Shown here piece after piece: positions 36,048 through 49,289 of a DNA stretch of 64,000 nucleotides; position 1 is the stretch's first letter; each line of letters opens with the position of its first letter. The stretch lies in contig NC_045707.1 of NCBI RefSeq assembly GCF_009834535.1, forward strand, positions 4,216,001 to 4,280,000. The letters run 5' to 3'. The notes beneath the pieces were generated by a model. The model saw only the letters and a program-made list of their open reading frames with translations, did not search any database and had not been told where the DNA came from. This DNA comes from Camelus ferus. Taxonomy: Eukaryota. The position numbers were made by a program, and so were the translations under genes.

Positions 36048-39000
36048 GTTGTTACTGCTATAGTTGACCTGTCTTGGTGGAAGAAGTTTGAAAATTCAGT
36101 AGTGTTTGAACTGCTGATTATTGGATAATTTTTTTTTTTTTAAACTTTGGCACACTGATCTATCTAAACCTGGTGGGGAGAACTCTCCCCACATTCTCAT
36201 GGAGAGACTCCCAACTTGCAACTGTGCCCGCCACACTGTCCTGACTTATTTCTTCTGTCCTCACTCTGATACCAGAGTGCAGCAATGCAGATGGTTACTC
36301 CACCTCTGACCATCCCGTTTCACTAAATTACTCCTGATTAGAAGACCTCCTCACTATTCCATTGTGGGGTAGAAGCTGATGCCATTGGGAAGGATGTACC
36401 CCTGACTGTTCACGATGGTTTTTTCTTTTAAGAATAGAGATGCTGGGGAGGGACATGCACACTATAAAATACAAAATGCATTACAGCTGCACTGTGAAGC
36501 AGCCACTGTGAATTTCCACATATGTTGGAACAGGAGGAANNNNNNNNNNNNNNNNNNNNNNNNNNNNNNNNNNNNNNNNNNNNNNNNNNNNNNNNNNNNN
36601 NNNNNNNNNNNNNNNNNNNNNNNNNNNNNNNNNNNNNNNNNNNNNNNNNNNNNNNNNNNNNNNNNNNNNNNNNNNNNNNNNNNNNNNNNNNNNNNNNNNN
36701 NNNNNNNNNNNNNNNNNNNNNNNNNNNNNNNTCCATGTGCTTAATACATACCTCAAAATTACTTAGACCATTTTAGAAGGGCAAAGAAAACTGCCCCTCA
36801 CATTTCCTTTCATCGGAGCCAGCACCACCATTTAACACTGATTGACCCCCATAGGCCCAAGTTAAATTTACAAAGGTAAAAAAAAATTCATTTTGGGCCA
36901 AGAACCTAATAGTCACCTTTGCCCTGAATTCAGGCAGTCAGTCACTTTCAGCTCCACCAACAAAGGCTTGGGTCTGTGTACGTACACAATCTAATGACAC
37001 TGTACAGTTACAAAGGCTTTGTAAGGAATGACATACTATTGAGTTCTAGTTTGGGGGTGGGAAAGTTACAAATAGAACACCTAGGGTTTGTTCTTTTAAA
37101 AATACAGTTGACCATTAAACACAGGGGTTGGGGGGGGCTAACCCTCCGCGCAGTCAAGTCTACAACTTTATAGTTGGCTCTCTCTCTGTGATTCCAACCA
37201 ACTGCAGTTTGTGTAGCACTGGTATTTTTTTTTTTTTAATGCACATGTAAGTGGACCCAACTTAGTTCAAACCTGAGCCGTTTGAGGGTTAACTAGTTGC
37301 TGAAATGAGCTATTGATAGTGAATCCAACTGCAGCCCTACTTGTCTTTGAACTTGTAGTTTTTCCATTTAACATACATTTTTATTAGCCTGGTGTTAGTA
37401 ACAGTACTAAGCCTTTTATGTGGGTTACTGGAACTACACAATTTAGAAGGTGGTAGTCTCATTTTACGGAGGAGGAAACGAAGGTTGTGATCTGTGCCAG
37501 GCCACACAGAAAATGCCTGATCTGAATTCAAACGTAGTCTAACTCAGGATCCTGCTATGTACTTGGTGCTGAGGCTACCCAGGCCCTCCACTGAGATAAC
37601 ACTATCTTCCACTTGTTAACCAGGGAAAAACACTGGTCACTGGTCAGTAAAGAAAACCTGTACTTAAATTAGGGATAGAGTACTTTATAGTATGGATCCT
37701 AGTTTTTATACATTGAAAAGTGCCTCGGGCTTTTTTGAACCAAATCCTTGGTGAGTGTTTTGTCTGGACTTCTGAAGTGAGAGGTTTGGTCAGGGCACAG
37801 TATGTCTCTAAAAGATGACTTCTGATGGTAGTGAATTCCTTCTAAAGCAGCATCATAGTAAAATTCAACTTTTAAAGAATTGTGCATTATTACAGAATTG
37901 AGACATGAAATTCATGTACAGAATTTTACATTTTTAATATTTGGTTAAACAAAATACATCTTTTGTAAACAAACCCAGCACAAGGCCAACGAAAAAAGGG
38001 GAATAAAAGCAAGAAAAACAAAAAGCCTAGGGTTGCCCCTTACTGGGCATTAGGGTCAGGCCCACCCTNNNNNNNNNNNNNNNNNNNNNNNNNNNNNNNN
38101 NNNNNNNNNNNNNNNNNNNNNNNNNNNNNNNNNNNNNNNNNNNNNNNNNNNNNNNNNNNNNNNNNNNNNNNNNNNNNNNNNNNNNNNNNNNNNNNNNNNN
38201 NNNNNNNNNNNNNNNNNNNNNNNNNNNNNNNNNNGCCATTTGCACAGGCCCAAGCAGATTGGTGGAGAGGAGTTTCCTCCTCCTCCCAGGAAATGGCTTA
38301 CATCACTGACNNNNNNNNNNNNNNNNNNNNNNNNNNNNNNNNNNNNNNNNNNNNNNNNNNNNNNNNNNNNNNNNNNNNNNNNNNNNNNNNNNNNNNNNNN
38401 NNNNNNNNNNNNNNNNNNNNNNNNNNNNNNNNNNNNNNNNNNNNNNNNNNNNNNNNNNNNNNNGCCAGTTGCTGAGAGGGTGTAATGCAGTAGCCGCTTG
38501 GTGGCCTGTTACTCAGCATAAAAATGGCCTTGTTGGATTGAAGATACATGTGCAGAAAAGTGCTGGTGTAAACATGCACTCCAGTCACAGTGGGGAGAGA
38601 GCCTCAGCCTCATCCCGTTAAGCTTGCTCAGGTTTGACATGCAAGCCCCAGGCTAGCTCTGCTGCTGGAGAGAAGTCTGGCCAGTGGGGCAGCTTTCAGA
38701 CCTGCCAAGACCATTGATCTGCAAGGTTGGACAGGCCATCCCTGCCCGCCCACCTGGCTTGAGGCAACCACAACCACTTTGGTGACAGGCAGTGTGGTAT
38801 GACACTTACTTCCCCTCCTCTTTTGTTTTCCAAAGTTATGGGGAGAAAAGTGGCCTACAACTATTTAAAGAGGTAGGGGGCAGGTCAATTCTCAGTTGAT
38901 CTGTAAAGGAAACTACAGAGATGACAAACCCAAGTCCTAAACATACGCACATATCCACCCAACTTGAGGGCTCTGCTTCTTGTCACTACAGTGACTCCAC

Positions 39001-39930
39001 GCCTAGGACTCCTGCCAACTCTAGCTGCTCCCAATCTCTGAAGACTTATCTTCACGATACTTTCCTTGCTCAGCTGTCTCAAACTAGTGGAATTTGATGT
39101 CGAAGGCAGTCATTTTTTCCCTGATTTTGCCAGAGTGGGTCAACTGGGAATATTGCCCTTTTGCCTATCTTGTCCCCCAGAGCCTCCTAAACCAGTGCGG
39201 TGCAGTGGCAGGGACAATGCTGGAGTGAGCCAGTGAGGCAGTCAGGCTGCCCGTGCCTGCCCCAGCCTGGCTTTGGCCACATCCTCTTAGATACCTCCTG
39301 TCACACTACAAAACTGCAGGATTTAACCACCTAGAGTGGAATATTAGAGAACGTTTCATTATAAAATTCCAAGGATGGCCATAAACCACCCTTAAAAATG
39401 GGGTGAGGGTGGCAGGAAGGGTTGGAGACAGCATGCTGTACTTCTGCTATGGTTCTAGAGATGATTTCCTGAGAGGCCTTTTTGCTCTGGGTCCTTCAGG
39501 CCAGCCACACAAGCTTTGCATGTACTGTGTCTTCAGACCCACTGGCTGCCAGGAAAGGGGAAGTGGAGACAGCATCTCCAGATGAGTCAGAGCAGCAGTT
39601 AACTCCAGCAGAGCCTCTGTCACGTCCTCACAGAAATGGGGAAAATAAGCTAGGACCCACCTTTCTTTCTCCTCCCTTAAATATGGCAAGGGTCTTCCAT
39701 AGCTCGCCCTAAGCACGCAGAGCTCCTACTTCCCTTTCCCAGGAACGAGGATCGCTGGCTGGTTCTTATAACAAACAGTCCGCACGTCTGTCCTATTGCA
39801 CTGTCAAATCTGAGGGGAAAAACCAGATGAGATGTTTGGGAAAGTGGCAAGGGCAGAGCCACGGTATAGGCCACAGCACGTCACAGAGGATTTAGGGGGT
39901 GGAGGTGAGGAAAGGTTGGGCAGAACTGCC

Positions 39931-40030
39931 TTACACGTCAGCCCTCCAACTCTGATGGGCCTCCACCTCTTCTGGTACCACCAGCAGGAGTTCACAGTTC
40001 TTTCCTCGCAAATGATGTTTTAGAAATTTC
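39931..40030 (-). CDS. JOSD1: JOSD1 last coding exon ([32 protein letters not shown])
   Basis: ccttag acceptor, 100 nt, TAA at 39933-39931. Confidence 0.95.
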
Positions 40031-40689
40031 CTAAGGGAGAAAAGGGTAGATGAAAGAGAAGATGAAATGCTAGTAAAAATGCAAATTCCTGTCTTGGGGT
40101 CACATGTTCACCAGACAGTAACCTTGTCATTCAGACCCACGGCAATCCTCAACACTCTCTAGTAGTGATGTCTTCTTGGAGGACTCCACATTTGGTTACC
40201 CCTCAGGCTGTCCAGTTAAATTTCCAACCTGAATTTTTGCTCATCCTCATATATTACTACCAACAGTAGCAGTTCTGTGAGGAGTAGGGCCCAACGTACC
40301 CTAAAGTAAGGTCTTCTAATTGGTAAAAAAAAAAAGGAAGGAGGAAAAAAAAAAGTTTTTTCTTTGGTCCCAGGGAAATTTAGCCCTCTCTGGGCCCAAA
40401 TGTCTGTCTTCCTTTCTCTGAACTGACAGCTATACTGTCACAGTTGTCTAAGTTAGAGAACGTTACAACACCAGTCCTACCAGACCAGAAAGCCAGCATC
40501 CCAGGTGCTGGGACTTCTCTGCCAAAGGGACTTAACATCCTCACGGGCCATCAAAGATTTAAGGTTTTCAAGTCTGAGACCCTATGATTCTAAAGTAACA
40601 GCAGGGAGAGGATCCCAGGAGCTAGGAATTTCCTTTGTCAAATAACCAAAAATAAGCTTAACTTGCCACCACTGCANNNNNNNNNNNNN

Positions 40690-40884
40690 NNNNNNNNNNN
40701 NNNNNNNNNNNNNNNNNNNNNNNNNNNNNNNNNNNNNNNNNNNNNNNNNNNNNNNNNNNNNNNNNNNNNNNNNNNNNNNNNNNNNNNNNNNNNNNNNNNN
40801 NNNNNNNNTGGACCCCAGCACAGGCTGGAGGGCAGATTCATGATGAAGCCCATGACGTTAGTGAGAGCAATGGCGCCGACATCC
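40690..40884 (-). CDS. JOSD1: JOSD1 coding exon 3 ([25 protein letters not shown]...); 3' part masked, end inferred
   Basis: cttcag acceptor at 40885; visible part matches human. End 40690 assumes the orthologous 195-nt length and lies in N. Confidence 0.8.
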
Positions 40885-41012
40885 CTGAAGAACAGGAATG
40901 GTGTCAGGCTCTGAGGCAGCCAAGCCCCCAAGGTCCCCTGGCTGTAATGCCACAACTGGCCACCTCCCCACTTGAGTGCCAGTTCTCATCAAATCAAGTC
41001 TGGTTGGATTAC

Positions 41013-41141
41013 CTGCGCTTATCCCACCAAACAGCTTCATAGCCTTTGGTCTGAAGTGCTGCCATAATGACGTTCACATCGTAGTTCCCATTTCCCAGCA
41101 TACTCTTCTTGTGGGGGGTCACCATGGTGTTTGGAGACAAC
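41013..41141 (-). CDS. JOSD1: JOSD1 coding exon 2 ([43 protein letters not shown])
   Basis: cttgtag acceptor, GTAATC donor, 129 nt; Josephin GNYDVNVIM motif. Confidence 0.96.
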
Positions 41142-44100
41142 CTACAAGTGTCAAAGGAGGAAAGCTGAGACTTGCTGGTCTGCCTAACCCCACCTGGCCC
41201 TGCACGACCACGGACAGGACACTTTACACTGCTGCCCCTGGAAGCCTGTTTCCTCCCATTCAAGTAAATATAACCAGTTCTTACCCAAGTATTTTGTAGT
41301 CTGGGCTCCTGCTGCCCTAGGGACTGCCTTTATTTTTATGCAAAACAATAATTCAATAGTGGTGGGATCTATCTGCCTGCCATTTAAAAAGCATGTCTAC
41401 AGTGAATTCAATGAGTACAAAGAATGTTCCACAAAGGAATCTGATTTATGAAGGCCCCAGCCTACCCATTTCTGCAGTCTTCCTCCTTGCTGATCCTCCT
41501 GCCTTGATACAGGCTTTTTTTTTTTTTTAACATTGGAAAATAGTATTGATATTTTCATTTGCATACGTAATATTTGTTGTTACTCTTATTTATTTATTTT
41601 ACAATTTAAATGCTTTCTTTTTAAGGCTTGCATACTTAGTAATCATTAATCATCAAATACTCAAAGGCCTTCAGGGGCCCAGACAGGTAACATAAATGTA
41701 TGAACTGGGACCAAATGTCAGGCAATATAAAGTAGTCAGGCCAATATTAAACTGGAATGCATGACCCACCTAAAGGTATTCCAAATATACGTGTGTGTAA
41801 AATACCTGAATTAAAAAAAAATAAACAAATTGAAAAAAAGTTTGTGCTAGATAAACAATACTCAACTACAGTCTGACTTGCCCACTAGCTTTAAGCATTT
41901 TGGGCCAGGCCTCTTTAGCCACTCCTTCATCTCAAGACAAGGTCAGTTCTGAAGGCATTTCCAACCCTATTATTTTGCTTTCACAGGCTGCTCAGGCCAG
42001 GACCTGAGGAAAAGCATCTTGAAGGAAGGGGCAGCATGTCTTTCACCTTCGCATGAAGGGGAGGAAGGGCAAAGTCACGAGTTCCTTAGGAATAAAAGCA
42101 GAGAGCAGATGTCTACCAGGTTGCTAAATGCCATCTCCAGAAGAGAATAAGATCTTTAGGTCAATTCTAAAAACTTCAGAAATCTTACAAAATTTTTTTC
42201 CAACTTCTCTATACATAGCAACCATAATGATATTTTTCCAACATAAAACATACTCTTGCCACTGCTTAATCCCTCCAACGGCTCCCAAAGCACTTAAATA
42301 CAATCTAAACGACTTCCCCTGGCCTGCAAGGCCCTGAAGATCCCGCTGACCTCATCCCTACCTCTCAGCACAAAGACCTCTCTGCTACCTGGACACACAG
42401 AGCTCCTTCTCCCGGGAGGGCCTCTGCGCTCACTCACTGTTTCTGCCTGGAATGCTCTTCCCTCAGATCTTCACTTGGTTTGCTCCCCATTATTTGGGTC
42501 TCATGTGTTATTGCCCTAGAGATCTTTTCTGATCACCCGACCTTAAGTTGCTCCCTGTCACCTCATCATTTCCTCTTACATCCACCTGCTTTAATTTAAT
42601 TACGGACAGTTTGACTACTGGGCATGTCACAGCCTCACCTGTCTGTATTTTCACACTAGAATGGCAGCAGGGGCCTTCTCTAGCCTGTTAACACTACATC
42701 ACCAGCCCTCAAAGAGTGCCTGGCACATGACATGTGCTCAAGGGACATTTGTTGAAATGTTCTCCATGTTTATTTTGTTATCCTCACTCTTTTCCTCTAA
42801 GTATCAGTGAAACCAGCATCCAGAGTCAGCAAAGAAGGGGCATTAAGGACATTTTGCAACCAAACTTTGTTTAACCTGTAATAATAACTGCCACTGAGTG
42901 AAGACTTCTGTGCACGTCCTCTGACAGACGCTTTCACATATGTATCTCACTTAATCCTCACAATAAATCTATGAGATGCTATGAATTACTTCCATTTATA
43001 GGTTTAGAAACTGAAGTTTGGTGATTTAAAATGATTAGCCTGTGATCACTTGCTTTTTAAGTGACAGAACTAGGATTCAAATTGCAGTTTGTTTGAATCC
43101 AAAGTTCTGCTTACTGCTCATGGCAAGGACTCAAGAAACAGAATGGGTGGTGGTGACAGGCTGATAAGAGGAAAGGCTAGCTGAGTCTCTCGGCCTGGGC
43201 CTAAAATGTAGCTTAATAAGATAAAAGCTCTCAGTGGGTTCTTGGGCACTTGGATTAAATGAGAAAGCATATGAAAGAAAGTCAAGCTCAAGATGTATAA
43301 AGTTCCTTTCCCTTCACTAGTTTTCCAGCATCTTCTCTGTACCTTCAGTGAAGTCTCGAGCCAGCAGGCGCACGAAGGTTCCAACAAAGAAACTGCTGAG
43401 TCTTCCTCCTCTTTCACCATCTAAGTCCCTACCAGGCTCAACCCTTAGTGTCGCACTTTCCCAAATGTGTTCCCAGAGGATCACAGAAGGCATTCAATAC
43501 AGTAAGGGCTGAATGAATCAGTAACAGGCTTCCTACAGAATTTCCTAAAGTCCCCAGTATGCTGATAGTTACCTTGACTCTTGAGGCGAGGGGGTCTAAA
43601 CATTGACCACACAAACTTCTCTGAGGTGCACCTTCTGGAACTAGTGTTGCAAGGATCTCTTCTTCTTGTCCTACATCTGCTCTCTCAGATTCAAATCCTT
43701 GCCTGTCTATTCCCACTGTCTGTGCCCTGACAGGAGGCCGCTCACTTCACACCTGGATTTTTGAAACAGGTTCCTTCCAAATGCTCCTTCCACCTATTCA
43801 GCCTATATTCCTGCCACACTCGCTAAAGGTATCATTCCACTCACTTATATAAGAACCGGCAATGGAGCCAACTGCCTGGTTGGCCAACTCCAACCCTCCC
43901 AGCCCCACTCAGCCTGCTGTTTCCCTTTCATTGGGCTTAGTGTACTTCAGGCACCAAGCCCATGTAACCTCTTTTCTTTTATCCATTTTCTGGTTACAAG
44001 CTAAATCCTAAAGCTTCTTCAAGCTCAACCTAACACCTTATCTCTTCCATGGAATCTTCCCTGGCTCCAGTGTAGTAGAAAAAAGAGGGAGATCAGGAGG

Positions 44101-47100
44101 ACCACACATCTCTCTGTTCACATCCAAGCAGCATCAATACCAATTTTGAGATCTGATCTCCATTCCTGTTAGTTTATCTGTAAAAATAGGAATGATCCTT
44201 ATCTCACAGGACCATTGAAGAATTCAGTTATTTTACACATGTCCACCCAAACAGTAAATTCCCGAAGCTAAGAGGATGACTCATCTACTCTATATCTCTC
44301 ACATTTGGGCCCTGGCAACTGCATAACCATGTGCTTGCCAAACCAATCAATATAGGAAATGCTGAGAGTGGTTTCCATCTCACTGCCAAAGGAGTGGTCG
44401 TTTGAATAAGTGGGGTCCATTCAGTGTGCCCATTATACTAGTACTTGTTTTTACTTCAACAATAATCAAGTGCCCACTGTGCTAGCTTCTTTTCTGAGCT
44501 TTATCATTTAATCCTTCCAACAATCTTGAGATAGAGATTAACCCCACAGTGTAAATAAGGAAGCTGAGGTGCAAAATGTTACGGTGACTGGTACAGTCAT
44601 CTTCAGCTAGGGAGTGACAGAGTGAGGATTCAACCACTAAACCTAAGGCTACGCTGAACAGTCTCCTGGATATTTCAAAGCACAGATCCCACTGAATTCC
44701 ATGGGATTCTGTTCTGTCCCAGTGGAATGTTTTCTTGAGACTCCCATTCAGGACTCTTAATTATTTCCATAGAAATTCAGGACTAGACATGAGCCTCTCA
44801 TTTTGGTCACCATGGGCAGAGGTTTAGAGCCACGAGATCTGCAGTGATCCACAAGCGAGAAGATGGGCTCTAGTCCAGGTCTCCACTGATGTCTGTACCC
44901 TCAGTTAAGTCTTTGGTCCTCTCTTGTGGTTACCACTGTGTCTGGCTGGGGTAATGTTTCAGATTTTAATGAAAAGGACTTGTGGAGACAATTCATCAAG
45001 ATTCTTTTCCTCCTTTAATTTTTTTCTTGTAATGAGTTCTGAAGAGATGTGACTTTAGAAAATACGGCTCAGAACTTCCAGATGTGTTTTTAAGTTATTA
45101 CATACATAAAGCACAGATCACAGGGCTAGGCACACAGAAGTACTCCAGGTGTTGGCAACGATGATGATGATGAGGAGGAGGAGCCTGCTGGCCCTTGGAT
45201 GAGATAATTTAAATCTCTAGAACTTAACACTCAACAACACCTTTTCTCAACTTAAACCACCATTTTTAATGTGGCTCAGGACTTTTAATGGGGAGGCAAG
45301 AGGACTTCTCCGTGGCAGAGAATGTTCACCAATAACTATCATCTCTTTGTCCCTTGCAGATTGCATTAAGGCTTTTCCCCCCAGCACCAAGTACCTCTAT
45401 TTAGATTTTAACAGATGTTTTATTTGGGAGAGGAATGCATACCTAGGTGTACATATATTTGATTGCAGAAAAATTGAGATGAGTCTAGTGAAGATGTTTG
45501 AGGCCTGAGATTTTCAAAACAACCTAGTAAAATTGTTACTACATAATTTGACTTCTAAGTCCTTTCTTTTTCAAAGCATAGACACATATGTGATAAAATT
45601 TAAGATCAAACATCCACATCTATATCAATGCACACTGATGACACTTGCCCAGTTTCTGACCTTCTCTCCAATTTCAGTTTTTGATCCTTCTCAAACCAAT
45701 GACCTCTTTTTGCTATCACTGCAAGCATTACCACTATCTTCAAATCCTGGACGGAGCCTGTCACAACTGACTCCTCTCTTCCTTGTTCCTATGTTGCTGC
45801 CGAGTCATTAGCTTAGTCCTTTCTAAAATCCTATTCATTTCTATTCCAAACATGAGTCATCTCATATCCACAACTGCACTTAAACTCCACCCTGCTTTTG
45901 TATTTCTTCTATCTGGCTAAAATTCAACTGCTAGAATGAACTTACTCTCAACAAATAGCATTCATCAAAATTTTTGTCCCATTTCTACCATTCATTAGCC
46001 ACATTTTCAAAAAAGCATAGGACTTTATAGACCTGGGAATTTTAAATTATCTAGTTCCCAGTACTGCCAACATTACTCTTTTCTGTTAGGATCCAAATAG
46101 ATTATCTTTTCCCCTTTAAATTGCTCTAAATCCCATGGTTCTAATTCAGTGCAATCTGTTCTCAAGGCCTGGTCAATGTACAGCTCTGAGATGTACTTCC
46201 CAGCGGCTGGGTCTTGTTCAATTTGTTTTCTTTACAGTGCCTAGCGGTGCCTGGCACACTGCAGGCAGCTAGTAAATGTTTGTTTTAAAAAATTCCATCT
46301 TCTTTCCCTCACCTTTTCTCCTTCTGCTTTTTTCTCTGATCCCTTTCACACTTCTTTGTTTCTATTAATCCACACAGAATCTTCCCACACAGAATACTCT
46401 ATACAGAGGAGACAGAGTATATTCTCTTATGTACTGGCCTGCTATTACTTAGAGGTGAATCTTCACATTGTGCTGATAGGGAACTGGGGGATGTAGTGTA
46501 ACTCGCTAAAGCTTTAAAAGACAGGAATAGAACTCTGTTTCCACGTGAGTGTTTAGCAAATATTTAGCATTCTTTAATTCAGTTAAACACGGCTGAAAGA
46601 GTCCTGCTATTATTCACAAACAGTTTATACTCACAGTCCACATCTTCAGATCCAGGCCCAATTTACTAGCAAGGTAAATGGCTACTGATGATAAAATTGC
46701 TCTGACACACCTTCCCAATACTCAAGAAGCAGCAGAGCTGTTAGGAGGGCAGGCCCTCGAGTCACAAAGCTTGGGCCCAAATCCTGCAATTAACAGTTCT
46801 GTGAACTCTCTGTGCCATGATTTCCTCATCTGGAAAAACGAGAAATAGCAGAATCTACCTTATAATAAGATTAGTGTCAGGAGTGAGTTAACACAGGAAA
46901 GCACTCAAAACAGTGCTTTGCACAGAGCGAAGGTTCATCTGTGTGAGTGATCATCATCATGTCAGATCGGGGCCAAAGTTACAGAAGTGAAAAACTTCCG
47001 AATGGACACAAGGTATGTCAGACTTGAAATTTATCAGAGTGAAACTGGACAAATTGCTTAAGTTGATCCAAGTTTCCTAGAATCACTATTGATAAGGTTG

Positions 47101-48235
47101 TTGCAAGACTGTTACAAAGCACCAAGCACATTCAAGTACTCACTGTGAGTCATTTCCTTCTCCCTTGTCTTCAATTAGGAAATAATTTGCAAATATCCAA
47201 CTAGGAGTAGAAGGTATACTTATTAATGGCTGGCCAAGAGGAAGCAGTCTAAAGGACTGGCTTCCTTTCTACTGTCAGTTACATGACTTACTGATCTGAG
47301 ACAAATTATCTCACCTCCCAGAGCCCTAATTTCCTGAAGACAGTTCATTCTACTTGCCAGATAATGGCCATGATGCAAAGGACACATATGCCCTGCTAAG
47401 ACATTACAATGGGTTATTATTGGCATTGGAAAATAATTACCGTCATTATAATTTTGTCAGCACAGTGAAATTAATATTCTTCTAAGAGAGGGCCTATGAT
47501 TCTTTCAGGACAAATGGTTCACACCTATGCTTCAGTCACCCCAAATAGGTTGTTACTAGCTGTAATTCAGGCCCTTCTGGGGCAATAATGTCATCTCTAA
47601 ATGAAGGTAGACAGAGAAGGGTCTTCTGGAAATGCCAATATGCATTTCTCGAAGAATTCTTGAGCTTTCTCTGCACTAAGAACTGAGGAGGATAACTCTT
47701 TATAAGCTGGAGTAGTGAGAGAGGCTCACTGCCAAAGTTGCTACAGACGTGGACCACAGACGTGATACTGTGTTCATCCAGACACTGCAGAACCATTCCT
47801 CAAACTCTTTGATAGAAGAATTTTAGAATATCAGAGCTGAGAGAAAAAAGCTGACCTTCTACCAACCTGTCCAGCAGCATTGGACAAAGTAGGTAAGAAA
47901 GCGATTTAGAATAAAGTAGAGAGGGGAGGGAATCTATAGTCAGCTTCAAATCACAGCTTTGCTACCTAGACACTATATGGAGAAAACACTGGACCTCTCT
48001 TCCCGTTTCTTTATCAGTAAAATAGACAGTAAATCAACTGTGAGGAGGGCTACTCAAAACACTGTATGAAAAGCACCAAGGCCAGCCCATGGCCTCATAG
48101 AAAAGGTGAGCATTGTGTATTTACCTTTCTAATGGAAACACAACTTTCCAACTCTGATGACAGGTTACTGAGTGTACATATCTTGTCCCCCTTCGAGACT
48201 CTAAACTCCCTGTGGGCAGGACTTGAGAAGCATTA

Positions 48236-48470
48236 ATAGCATAGTGGTAAACAGCACAGCAACAACAAACCTGAATTCAAGCTTGGCTCCACCTCTCGTA
48301 TGTTAACCTTGGGCAAATTATAGAACTTCTCTGAGGCCGTAAGTCTTTACCCATAAACTGGAAATAGTAACAATTCCATGGGATTGTGGAGGGGATCACT
48401 TGAGATAACACAACTGAGACTTAGCGGGGTGCCTACCCCACTGTAAGTGGTCAATAAATAGTAGTGATTA
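48236..48470 (+). mobile_element. MIR SINE
   Basis: agcatagtggtaaacagc...aaccttgggcaaattatagaacttctctgaggc MIR core. Confidence 0.65.
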
Positions 48471-48627
48471 TCTTTCCCATTCTTGTGTCCCTTGTACCTG
48501 CTAACAGCATCTAGCTAATAATACCTGTTGGTGTGAAGGTTTATTATGCAGCAGAGGCATTGCCCCACCCTTCAAAATTCAGAAAACACGAAAAGTACAA
48601 AGATCCNNNNNNNNNNNNNNNNNNNNN

Positions 48628-48812
48628 NNNNNNNNNNNNNNNNNNNNNNNNNNNNNNNNNNNNNNNNNNNNNNNNNNNNNNNNNNNNNNNNNNNNNNNNN
48701 NNNNNNNNNNNNNNNNNNNNNNNNNNNNNNNNNNNNNNNNNNNNNNNNNNNNNNNNNNNNNNNNNNNNNNNNNNNNNNTAGCCTTGTCTCCTTTCCATGG
48801 CACGCAACTCAT
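48628..48812 (-). CDS. JOSD1: JOSD1 (Josephin-1 deubiquitinase) first coding exon (MSCVPWKGDKA...); mostly masked, end inferred
   Basis: AAAAACATGA start and MSCVPWKGDKA identical to the recalled human N-terminus. End assumes a 185-nt coding part and lies in N (48607-48778). Confidence 0.85.
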
Positions 48813-49289
48813 GTTTTTCGTTTTAGATTCCAGAGAGGGCTAAAAACACCCCACCCTTCCCTCCTGAGGAGGAATGTACGCTTCTCAGTCTTTTCAGAAT
48901 TCCTGAGGTCCACGTTATTTTCTGGTGTCCATGATTTATGCTTTGTCACGGGAAGAAAAGGTTGGAATCAAAAGGAAAAAATAATCCCCCCTCTTCTCGA
49001 TAGAAAGATAACTTTTGGATTAGTGTATTTCGCCACCACTGTCAAAGTGCATACGTTTTAAAAAATCGTATAAAATCTAAAACCTTGTTTTCCTTTTCAC
49101 CCTCCTTTTCCACCCCCTCCAACCCCCCCCCCGATTTTCTTGCTGTATTTTTCTCTCCGCAAATGCCAACCAGGCCTCAAAGCAGGAGGACAGAACGAAA
49201 TCGGTCACATCGCTCTTTTTCTTCCATGTCTTTCGAACCACAACGCCACTGACTCAGGAGACAAGGCCTAGGTGGTGGATAAAACGCAA

